Shown here: positions 53,223-64,000 of the stretch, piece by piece
Layout of the letters: each line of letters opens with the position of its first letter
How positions within the stretch are numbered: the first letter of the stretch is position 1
NCBI RefSeq assembly: GCF_006345805.1
Contig: NC_043015.1
Location: 24,180,001 to 24,244,000, forward strand
DNA from: Octopus sinensis
Lineage: Eukaryota
Length of the DNA stretch: 64,000 nt
Direction: 5' to 3'
The notes under the pieces: generated by a model
Told to the model about the DNA's origin: nothing
The model's input: only the letters and a program-made list of their open reading frames with translations
Database searches by the model: none
Position numbers and translations under genes: made by a program

Positions 53223-53711
53223 TCAATCAAAAGACATGGTGCCGAGCCCATTAAGAAATGCAATTTCAAAAACGAAAGCTCCTGTCCGTTAGAAGGGAAA
53301 TGTCTAGTGAAAGGAGTAGTTTATAGAGCCAAGGTGCAAGTCGAAGGCTCATCGGAATACAAGACATACACAGGGGCTTCAGAAAATTCATTTAAAACAA
53401 GATTTTATTCTCATAAAAATTCATTTAAATACCCAGAGAATAGGAAGAGGACCAGCCTAGCAAAATATGTCTGGGAACTAAAAGAAAAGGAAGCCCCACC
53501 TTTCAACGTGACATGGAGCATTCTGGACAGGGCGGCACCATACAGGCATGGAGCATACAAAAATAATTTCAAGTGCAAACTTTGTCTATTAGAGAAAATG
53601 TACATCTTATTCAAAGACAATAATTCTTTGAATCAAAGAAGTGAGCTAATGAACTTATGTAGGCACGCGGCTAAATTTAAAATGTCGAATATAAATATAC
53701 CATATGGATAG
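53223..53711 (+). CDS. PLE (Neptune-like) Zn-linker + GIY-YIG endonuclease, open reading frame
   Basis: KCNFKNESSCPLEGKCLVKGVVYRAKV...YTGASENSFKTRFYSHKNSF...TSLAKYVWELK...CKLCLLEKMYI...LNQRSELMNLCRH. No stop over 162 codons. Confidence 0.9.
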   Translation, partial: SIKRHGAEPIKKCNFKNESSCPLEGKCLVKGVVYRAKVQVEGSSEYKTYTGASENSFKTRFYSHKNSFKYPENRKRTSLAKYVWELKEKEAPPFNVTWSILDRAAPYRHGAYKNNFKCKLCLLEKMYILFKDNNSLNQRSELMNLCRHAAKFKMSNINIPYG

Positions 53712-54724
53712 AGTATATATTTTGTATTTTTGATTTTTGAAATTTTGATTTTGACTCTTGAACGATGAGCGCTACGATGGATTTTGTTTCCAAGGTCTTA
53801 TGTTTCTACATATACATTAGGAAAAACCTTCGACTTTGTTTTCATGTTATTGTATTGTATAGGATTACCTTGATTATTTATATTACCTTGATTATTTATA
53901 AATGATCCAAAATAGGGTGTTATATTTTATTTTACATGTCTTTCGTATATATTTTTATTAATGCACCCATTTTTTTAAAAAAAAGCAATGTTGTCAAAAT
54001 TAGAATGTTGATATAAGTATGTGTATAGCCAAGGATATGTATTTGTAAGCATGCGTATCTGTGTATGTGTAAGTGAGAGTATATTTGTGCTTAGGTACAC
54101 ATATACACGACTGTATGTATATGTATCCATTCGAACTTGTGTTTGTATACTTGTCTCCATATATGCCAATAATGCCGTTACACAGCTTGTATACATAATT
54201 TTTTCTTATTTCGTTTTTTTCCCCACCCCTCCTTCGTTCTTTTTCTCTCTCTTCCTTTCTTTCGTCCCCCCCTTACTCAGTATATGAGAATCGCTACATA
54301 GATGATTTTTAACTTGCGTGCGAGATGGTTTGCGTGAATATATGTACACACGCATTTATGTGTATATTTAGATTTATATTCATACGTCTGTACACGTATG
54401 GCGTTTGCGCGCATCCTTTTGTGTATGTTGATATATATATGTACATTTTAATATAAATATGTATTGCAGTGTAATATTTATAACAGGTTTAATTTCTATG
54501 AATTAATTTACGTCAATATGTATTTTATTCAATGTAAGGTTTTTTCCTCGGATTTTGTAATTTTTATAAGTTTTTTATATATATTTACATATATTTTTGA
54601 CCTTTTGTTTATCGCTCGAAGATTGACCGTTTTTTCTAAAGGGTCAATCAAACAAGTCCATTTCTTTTTAAAGGTGTAGCGTTTGTAAGAGTCTAGATTG
54701 AATTGATATATCGGTTCCATTCTA

Positions 54725-54776
54725 GCAAAAACTGTCTGATGAACGGCAACGAGAAACTCAGAGTAACAGATTTTGT
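54725..54776 (+). ncRNA. Minimal type I hammerhead ribozyme with fully canonical core
   Basis: gcaaaaactgt CTGATGA a CG gcaa CG a GAAA CTC a GAG TA acagattttgt: helix I about 10 bp with one mismatch, GNRA-capped helix II, quasi-palindromic helix III, GUA triplet. Confidence 0.75.
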
Positions 54777-55014
54777 TGAATTTTCTGCTGCTTAAAATAA
54801 AGCATATTACTCTACCACTGGTATTTGAGTACTCTTTTTTCCACCTTGTTTCACATTTATGTGTTTACTCCGGTATATATACATATATACATATATATAC
54901 ATATATATATACATATATACATATATATATATATACATATTTACATATATATATATATATATATACATATATACATATATATACATATATATATATATAC
55001 ATACACACATATAT

Positions 55015-55066
<52 letters not shown>

Positions 55067-55914
55067 TAATTTATAAAAGAGGATAAGGATAAAAATCACG
55101 TTAATGATTTTTATTAAGTAGTCAGCATACTATAAAAATTTATTGGCAATTAATGCATTAAATTAGTAATACTGTAAATATGTATATAATTATATCAAGG
55201 GAGCTACGGCAAAAATGACCTGTCCCCAGCATGCTTGAAGTGCCGATACCTTAAAGAAATATCAAAAACTCCAGCTAAATATATACACGGCTGAGAGCGG
55301 ACTAATGAGAGAAAATTTAAAAGACCTCACTTTAATTGTAAATTAGTGCCAATTTCTGGATTAAAGCAAAAATTAAGCTTTCTTAGGACGGTATGCACGT
55401 TTATTTGGGGTCACATTCACCCCCAGCCCCGTGTATTGTGCTGACAAAGGAAGAAAGTTTTTTTGCTTTAATCTAGAAATTGGAATCAATTCACAATTAA
55501 CGTGAGGTCTTTCTAATTTTCTTATATATATATATATGTGTGTGTGTGTGGATGGGAGGATCAAGGAATGTATAGATATATATCATCGACGCTGTGTCCG
55601 GCTGACAATTACTATACCGTCTACAATAATTCAGATAAAGCTTTCAGTAGAAGGCAATTAGGCATTATGCATCGAAGTGAGATCGAAATGGGAACGAAGA
55701 AGTGGGAGGAAGAACGGGATTATTTGTCTACTGTTAATTTCCTTTCCGATCTTCAAGTGTATGATTCCTGCAAGTATGATAGCTATCTCAGTTATTTGGG
55801 TTTACTTCAGAAATTGTGCTTCATACATTTTAGCACGGTTGTTCTTCTATATGCAAAGTTAGTTCCTTCTGAGGTCAGAACAGGAGCCAAGGACAGCCAT
55901 CGATTTAATAATAC

Positions 55915-56115
55915 TGGTTTCAATTTCTGACACAATACCAGCAATTTCAGGGAAGGTGGATAAGTTGATTATATCGTCCTCAGCGTTCAGCCGGTTATAG
56001 AACCCGAAACGACGAAAGGCAAAATTGACTTCAGAATTTGCACACACAACGTAAAGACAGACGACATACTGCTAACCATTTCGCCCAGGGTGCTATGCTA
56101 ACGATTCTGCTAGCT
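55915..56115 (-). mobile_element. SINE, second family, diverged
   Basis: gaaaggcaaaattgacttcagaatttg...gacgacatactgctaaccatttcgccc...tgctaacgattctgctagct. Confidence 0.7.
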
Positions 56116-56145
56116 AGACAACTTTTTCGATTGTATGTATGTATG

Positions 56146-56204
<59 letters not shown>

Positions 56205-56292
56205 GTATATATATATATGTGTGTGTGTGTTCGAGTGAGTGTACACAAGAAAGAAGGGCACACAAGACATTTATTAGGAACTACATCTATGA

Positions 56293-56423
56293 ATCAAAAC
56301 AGTTTGATCCAGATTTCAAGCGTGATGCTAGTCTTTAGGCATTTTTTATTTCAAAATGGCTGAAAACTAGCATCACGCTTCTAACTCGGACTACCAAGGA
56401 ATCTGAATCAAACTGTATTGATA
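56293..56423. other. Long imperfect hairpin (pre-miRNA-like or MITE remnant)
   Basis: Inner 28-bp stem 56318-56380 (15 bp perfect, 2 mismatches, 7-nt loop) plus an outer stem of about 23 bp. Confidence 0.6.
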
Positions 56424-58137
56424 CACACACACACACATATAATTAACGAGCTTCCTTACAGTTTTCATAGATATTCTTCATTCGCAATATACACCACTCA
56501 ATTCGACTCTGAGATAAAACACTTTTCCAAGTGGATACAGAGTAAGATTGAACCAAGATACTTATAGCTGTGAAGTGAATGTGCACACGACCATGACCTA
56601 ACAATTTATCGCCGATGAAGTTTCTATGTTTTGCTTTTGCTTTTTCTATTTTGCTTCTTTTTTTTACGTTTCATCTCATCTGATAATGTCCTGTAAGAAT
56701 TCAACCTACTTCTCACTTCACCAACTTTGATTTCCTTTGAGGCAAGTTTAATAGCATTGTGTAACATTGAATGCAGCCAATACAATATTTTGCAACATAA
56801 AAAGATCTTCAGATAATAAGAGACACCATTTACTTATTCAATTATATTTTATTTATAATTGATTGTGAGAGGTTTAAAGTTAAATGGCTGTCGGTGATAA
56901 TTTAGTGAGATTATTTTTCGCCACCATATGAAATCAAACACAGCAAATATATGCACATAATATCTCCAAGAATGGATGCATTGTTCTTTTGAATATTTTT
57001 ATATTTAAATTCTTGGAGGAAGAAAAAGAGAAAATGGAGGATGAACGAATGAGAAACATTGAGAGTTGAGAGAGAGGGAGAGAGAAAGAAAGAGATTGAT
57101 ATGTGGTTGAGATTTTAATTAACTGGCACGTGTATATTGTACTATCTGCTTCTTTTCAATGTTATAGCCGTCTTTAATAAGATCTTCAGGGACTATGACA
57201 AAATAACAAACGTATTAAATCTGAATCGGTAATTAGATGGCTGTCAGTTAAACAAAGATGCTATTGGAATGTAATATGCGTTGTCTCGTTGGAGTGTTTG
57301 TGTCAAACTCAAGAAATAAGCTAAGATCAATTTAGCTGCACGTCTGCAATAGGAATGATAGTCAGAAAGAATTATACACACGCACACATACATTTTCGAC
57401 AAAAATAGGTATATGTGACAGAAAGTTTCGGAAAATAAACAACACTAATCAACCTCAATGGAGTTTTAAAGCACGAGGTTTCGATCCCATGACACGTGAA
57501 ATAAAGTACGGATATATAATTGCATTGCTGAATTATTCTTTTAGATCAGTATTTCTCAACGGGGATTTCAGGGGAGAGTTTCAGGGAGTCGCTGGCGATG
57601 TATCGTGATAATCAAAAATCCGGCCTGCTAAAATTTGGTTAAAGTGATTCAAACTGCAGACTCAACGCAAAATGGTCACATTTAATTCAAAGCGTTACAA
57701 ATGTTATGAAAACAATTGGTATGTGTTCACAAAGTCCAAACGATTAATACGAAAAAACCCTCCAGGCTACATCCTGAAAATTCATTTCTTTGCCGAATTT
57801 CCACAATGTTTACGGCGATTCGTTTTTATATCTTGATTTTTTATTTTTCATGCAATTTACGCATGCTTGCACGTGTGGTGAACACAGTTCACGTCAAACA
57901 GCTGACTAAGTAAAGTTCACTATTCAATGCATGGGATAAGGCCTAAACAAACATATTATCGATTTTTGCACTTGCGAGATGAATTTCGAAACAGAAATAA
58001 CAAAGTTCAATTTTCATTCGCCTAAACTTTAAGTGACCCATTTTTTGTGGTTGTACGATTTGTTGGCTAGGAGGAGATGTGCCGGTAAGTTAAACACACA
58101 GACACGCAAGTTGAGTTTTATATATATATATATACCT

Positions 58138-58282
58138 CAGATTCACACAGACACACAGACACACACACATACAGTTGGTGTGATGTAAGCTGTAAATGTT
58201 ATAAATATACACTTTCGATGTGAAGTTATCTGTGTTGAAAGATTATACAATCGTAACGATATGGTCTGTTTGGAAATGCAGT

Positions 58283-58324
<42 letters not shown>

Positions 58325-58560
58325 AATAATTACTATGAAACATTGTGTAGAATATATTGCATAAAAGATCGTGGGTAAGGCCAAAACAATGCAAAGTAAA
58401 TGCAAGGTAAACCACAAGAAAACAAATATGTGAAATTGGGGTCATAACTTCGAAATATTGAATACAAGGTAAGTCTACATTAATTCATATATTTGCTTTT
58501 TCGGGATTTACCTTGCATTTACTTCGCATTGTTTTAGCCTTACCAACGATCTTTTATACA

Positions 58561-58604
<44 letters not shown>

Positions 58605-59015
58605 ACGCATACATGTGCATATATATATATATCTGTGTGTGTGTGTGTATTTCAAAAAAGTCGGATGGTATATCAACTTTCGCATATCGTTCGATATAAT
58701 AAATAAACCGAGAGACAAAACTCGAGTTCCTAGTCAACTTGTCAACTGAAATATATTTAAGTTTAATCTTAGCGTTGTGTCACCTAATCTTAGCGTTGTG
58801 TCACCTCATCACCAATCACTGATCGTTCTGCTTTTTTTCTACTTGCTTTAAAATATTCAGATTCACACACATACATACACACACACACGCATATATATAT
58901 ACAGTTGGTGTGATGCAAGTTATAAATGTTATAAATATACACTTGCGATGTGAAGTTATCTGTGTTGAAAGATTGTACAATCGTAACGATAGGGTCTGTT
59001 TGGTAATGCAGTCCA
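58138..59015. repeat. Direct duplication of about 150 bp enclosing an inverted repeat of about 58 bp
   Basis: 58138-58285 resembles 58858-59015; 58354-58412 resembles the reverse complement of 58504-58564. Confidence 0.8.
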
Positions 59016-59778
59016 AAAACTGCGATTCATTGATGATTTATGCTGTTTATAAACATTTTTATTTACAACTTCCGACTGGCGTCATTATTAGCTCCGTAGA
59101 TGAATGGATTAAATAATTCACTTTATGGTAAATGCTTCTCAGTCACATGTGTGTGCTACCAAGTGTTTCAAAACTAATAACTAAATGTAGAGTAAATGAT
59201 ACAGAAGCTGGGAAAAAACTTTTGAGTAATACTAGTGAGAAGTTAAACTAAAGTGATGTTAATAAATAACAAACAAGAGATTTCATGATCTCACATAGGA
59301 GAAGTACTGAATCTTTGATATTTCGGAAATGTTTCCCCTTTTCAAGTACATGTAAGTTATCAAAGAGTTTTGAAGTAGTTTAAATACATGAGGAACTTTA
59401 AAGTCGCTTCGACATAGTTATAGATTCATTGAAGTTGCAGGTACTTTAAACGTCTGTGCAACGGGAGAGTGGCCGCGTGTGGATGATCTGTTCCACAATA
59501 TTTAAATAAACGGACGTGCCATTACGTTTTCACGTCCGGGTCCATTCTAGATTGTAGTAGGCCTAAAAATACCTATTAAATAAGCTATATCATTACTGTT
59601 TCCTTTTAAAGTTGTAGAAATGCGGTCCACTGGCTGAAACGTTAGAACTTCAGGGGGAAAGTACGTTACAACGTTTTATTCGGCGTTTTACCTCCTAGGA
59701 TGAAATCCTATCAAGAGCAACTTTGGGTTTCAACCCTTCACAATAGATACATAAAATGTCTCAAATTAGCTATGCGTT

Positions 59779-59833
<55 letters not shown>

Positions 59834-60475
59834 TTTTTACTTGCTTCAGTTAGAGGGCTACATCCATCGTGAGGCACTATCTGGAAGAATTCAGTTGAAC
59901 CAACTGTCCATAGCACTTATTTTAATGTCCGGTAGCTTTTCTATCGTCCACTTTTACCGAATCACTACGTTACAGTGACATACACAAAGCAACACTAATT
60001 TGTACGTGCTGGGTGGGGACAGATACAGACACACACACACATATATGCAAGTGTATGTTTTTATGTATGTGTATATATAATATCGACAAACCACAAACTT
60101 CAAAATTGTCGACCCCCGGCTTCAATTTGAAATATATTTCTAAAAAGGTAGATTGCGTTTTAAAGTAAAAGTTGGCTGCTATTTCTAGCAAGAGTTACTT
60201 TTTTAGCATCCACATTATGTTTTCCTTTGTTTCAAGAGAGGCTGTTGTAGAAATATATTCGACCGAAACAAAAGAAGCTAAACGTTAAACCGAAAATAAA
60301 TAACTAAATAAATAAATAAAGATTATAATAATAAACTAAAATGTAAAATTCACAAGGCTTCAACAACAATTCAAAATGCATCAGTTTCACATCAGGAACG
60401 ATTAATTCATACGAACGATTAGATTAAAAGTAGAAAGTATTAAAATCTACTTCAAGTTTATCATCATTTCCATAG

Positions 60476-60506
<31 letters not shown>

Positions 60507-60777
60507 CTCCGTTGTGAGGCGACCTCAACTCCACCCGATCGCCACTACCTCTAGCTACGCTTAATACTCATCAAATTTATTTCAAGCTGTTCATCCATCC
60601 GTGAAAAAAAATGACATTGTAAAAGTTACCAAAACTTTATAAAAAAAATAGTAAAACGTATGGAGAGAAAACGAGGAGAGAATGCTACTCTTTCTCTCTC
60701 TCTCTTTCTCACTCTACCTTACTTTTCTTTCCTTTAACATATATATGCGTGTGTGTATACAGACATGTATACATACA

Positions 60778-60819
<42 letters not shown>

Positions 60820-62259
60820 TATATATACATATACACATATATACTCATATACAAATGTATACATATACATCCACATGTATATATGTGTATAAATATATGC
60901 CTACATACATACACACACGCACATATATATATATCTATATAGAAGCACATATATACACACACTTACAAATACATATATACACACACTTACAAACACATAT
61001 ACACACACACAAATACAAAGACACGTACGCACCTACACACATACACACACACAGACATACACATGAAGATAAAGAGGAGAGTGGAAAGATAATTTCAGCT
61101 ACATTTGCCGCAACATCTATACTTGAGGAAACATCAGATTGAAAAACTCCCTACAGACGTATGTTTTGCGTATGAAGGTAAAAATTATGTGAAAGCTTCA
61201 TTGGATTTACAGATGTTGTTATTTGATAATACTTTCTGATGAGCTATGCAATGATGTGATTAATACAGTTCAAACAGTTTCAAATTGAAAGCAAATCAAC
61301 TTGAGAGACGTGTGATACCACATACATATAACAATGTCACTTCTAACTATGCTACCTACTTTGCAAGTATTTCATTGTTCTCTACTCTCTGTTTTCTCTA
61401 GCGTTCTCTTACACAATGTGTGTGTGCGCATGTGTGTGTGTTTGAAAATCCCTTCATAATGAAGGTGTAGAAGAATAACTGTGAAGTGTGGATACATTAC
61501 TAGATTACCAAATCAAAGACTTTGCGTTCAAATATAACTGCATGATCCCTGAAATTTGAAAGCTTTCGATATCTTCTTCGACAATTATCTCCCTCATCAA
61601 GAAAAGAAAATAATTATCACAACTTTTAAGTTATTTATTAATATTAGAGGTTTGCTTTTGGTTAATCCTTTTGGATTTCTTTCAATTATTGTGCAAGGAG
61701 TTTGGGGCTTTTCGTCAGAACTAAAATAAATTCAGACAAGTCACGTCGAGCAGTTTTCGTAGTATGTAGAGAAAGTTGGGTTATCACCCGTGTCTACCAT
61801 ATTTGTCCCACCGCTTCTTTTTAATGAGGCAGGGAATTCTGTTTCCTTCTGTCTCGTGGCAAAAGAAGTTATAGGAAGGACGAGGTTTAAGAGGCCGAGC
61901 ACAGATCTTTTCCATTTAGATCAAATGGTTATCGACTTTTACAAATGAAACTTGTAAAATAAGGCAAAGCAAACTAAAATGTGGGTGAGAGTCGCGAAAA
62001 TAGCCAGACTGGTTGAGGCCGCTTTACGTATACGTCAAGAAATCGTGGAGCGACAGTTGGGAAGAGCACCTGTGGTGTGGGTCGGTGGGGCTCTTCCTGT
62101 ATCAGAATAACGTCATCATCATTCATTATTTTCTACCATGTATATCTTTACATGGTTTAATCTTTGGGCTCTGATAGCGCTGGAAGGGTTATTACTAAAA
62201 ACAGACAGCAATTGCCAAACGAAGGATTACTACAAGCACACACATATAAATCAGGCTAC

Positions 62260-62400
62260 AGCACAGTTTCTGTTATCAAATTCAACTCACAAATCATTGG
62301 TCAGCCGAAGATTATAGAAAAAGACACTTTCCCAAAGTGTCACGCAGTGGAACCGAAATTGTATGGTTGCAAAGCGAGCTTCCCACCCATGTTCTCTCCT
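62260..62400 (-). mobile_element. Diverged SINE head
   Basis: aaattcaactcacaaatcattggtcagcc...aagacactttcccaaagtgtcacgcagtggaaccg. Confidence 0.6.
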
Positions 62401-62721
62401 TATTCGGATTCCTGTATGAACCAACACACATTATGATCTGCCTTTCTAACAGCCTCTCAGCTGCAGTGCAAGTGTCGGGTTGCCACTCTACGTTTTGAGT
62501 TCAATTTCCACTGAGATCGAATTCGTCTTTCATTCTTTTGGAGGTGGATACAATAAGCGACATAAGTAATGTAGTCGACGAAATCGGTAAACAACCATAT
62601 TGCCCAAACTTCTGGCCTTGAATCTATAGTGGAAAGGATTGGAGTAGATGTAATTGACTTACCCCCTCCCATGAAATTATTAACCTGGCGCCCAAATTTG
62701 AAAACATCATCATCATTATGA

Positions 62722-62772
<51 letters not shown>

Positions 62773-62870
62773 GGGTGGTGAGCTGGAAAAATCGTTAGCA
62801 CGTCGGGCAAAGTCATTCTGTCCGTCCTTATGCTCTGAGTTCAAATACCACCAGGGTCGACTTTGCCTTA
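62773..62870 (+). mobile_element. SINE, second family, 5' part
   Basis: ggtggtgagctggaaaaatcgttagcacgtcgggc...ctgagttcaaataccaccagggtcgactttgcctt. Confidence 0.75.
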
Positions 62871-63196
62871 GGGCAAAATTTGAAACTATTATTATTATTA
62901 TTATATGAGGTGTCTCTTGAAAGTCCAACAGTCACAATAAGGAGCTTCAATATTATGTCTCCATTTTACATTGGTGTCTTCTTTCGAATCCAAACCCAAT
63001 CCGGCGTCCATTGAGACATTTCCCCTGACTCGTTTTAGTCCCGCGTCTTTTGACAATTGTTTTTTGTTGCTTTGGTCTTTGTATATGGCAATTGATTATG
63101 TTCCTTCTAGGGAGACATTTAGAAGAACTGTGGATATCACGACACCATTTTTGTATTTCAGTATCCACGATACATGTCGATATCTCTATGCAAGAC

Positions 63197-64000
63197 ATCA
63201 TCATCGTTTGGCGTCCGTTTTCCATGGTAGCATGGGTTGGACGGTTCGACCGGGGTCTGGGAAGCCAGGAGGCTGCACCAGGCTCCAGTCTGATCTAGCA
63301 GTGTTTCTACAGCTGGATGCCTTTCCTAACGCCAACCACTCCGTGAGTGTACAGGGTGCTTTTTACGTGCCACCGGCACAGGAGCCAGAAGAGGATGGCA
63401 ACGCCCATGATCACTTGGTGCTTTTTACGTGCCACCGGCACGGAAGTCAGTCAAGACGGAGCTGGCATCGGCCACGTTTGGATGGTGTTTTTACGAGCCA
63501 CCGGCACGAGTATTACAACTACAATTTCCATTTTATTTCTATGTTGATGTTGATGTACTTGATTCGATAGGTCTCTTGAAGTACAGCAAGTTGCCCTACA
63601 ATCTAAGGTAAGCACAGCAGGCCGACTTGCAAGCCATGAACCCTTTTTATTTGTCGGGTATTCGCAGTCCCAACACATCTGATGTCTCGGTCTTTCGTCA
63701 TTGCCTCTGTGAGGCCCAACGTTCGAAGGTCATGCTTGACCACCTCATCTCACGTCTTCCTAGGTCTACCTCTACCCCGGATTCCTTCAACTGTTTGGGA
63801 GTGGAACTTCTTCACACATCTCTCCTCATCCATCCGTAGTACATGACCATACCAGCGCAAACGTCTCTCCTGCACTCCACATCCAATGCTTCATAGGTCC
63901 AACATGTCTCTCAGAGTGTTTACACTCTGTTGTGCGTGCACACTGACATTGCACATCCAGCGGATCATGCTAGCTTCATTTCTTTCGAGTTACAGCCCAT
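63197..64000 (-). mobile_element. RTE-clade LINE: RT C-terminus + 3' UTR + (ATG)n tail; continues beyond the window
   Basis: ERNEASMIRWMCNVSV...RRLRWYGHVLRMDEERCVKK...RGRGRPRKT*DEVVKHDL. 3' end aaccgtccaacccatgctaccatggaaaacggacgccaaacgatgatgatg. Confidence 0.9.

Larger units (their letters stand above)
53223..54870 (+). mobile_element. 5'-truncated Neptune-like PLE with about 1 kb of 3' region ending in an HHR-bearing pLTR
   Basis: GIY-YIG ORF, then T-rich UTR, HHR at 54725-54776 and a pLTR-like tail (tactct...tatttgagtac) ending at (TA)n. Confidence 0.7.

Noticed and set aside
54612-54660. tcgaaga ttgacc...ggtcaat caaac aagtc, HHR-like
   Set aside because: The core and GAAA are both broken and there is no helix I; at best a dead remnant.
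55538-55930. 130-codon ORF in non-repetitive DNA
   Set aside because: It starts in a (TG)n run and ends in a SINE, with no motifs or splice support.
57468-57495. ggtttcgatccc tRNA T-loop/B-box
   Set aside because: No cloverleaf or A-box; not a tRNA gene.
61800-61910. Minus-strand PLKPRPSYNFFCHE, HMG-box-like
   Set aside because: Only a short motif, and the frame closes before the remaining helices.
63355-63507. CRISPR-like repeat-spacer geometry
   Set aside because: Only three repeats, the spacers resemble each other, it lies inside a eukaryotic RTE 3' region, and there are no cas genes.

Overview
AT-rich, microsatellite-saturated animal genomic DNA, probably a long intron or intergenic region. 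The repeat families suggest an octopod cephalopod (Octopus sp.); this is inference from recalled repeat sequences, not a search result. No complete host gene is visible, and almost all ORFs in the supplied track are translations of (TA)n, (CA)n or (GATA)n repeats. The recognisable content is mostly decayed mobile DNA: four clear Penelope-like element (PLE) copies plus weaker remnants, two CR1/L2(Jockey)-group LINEs, an RTE LINE, an RLE-endonuclease (HERO/NeSL-type) LINE end, two non-autonomous Helitrons with exact termini, a Tc1/mariner remnant, and many tRNA-derived SINEs including a 4-unit tandem array. The most interesting signal is about 11 minimal type I hammerhead ribozyme (HHR) motifs in PLE pseudo-LTRs (pLTRs) and in small fold-back mini-elements embedded in (TA)n. 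These include two complete-looking motifs (54725-54776 and 35216-35255), a compensatory U3-A8 core variant seen twice, and a recurrent A6U variant. A few isolated candidate host exons are reported with low to moderate confidence. All folds and protein assignments were made by eye.
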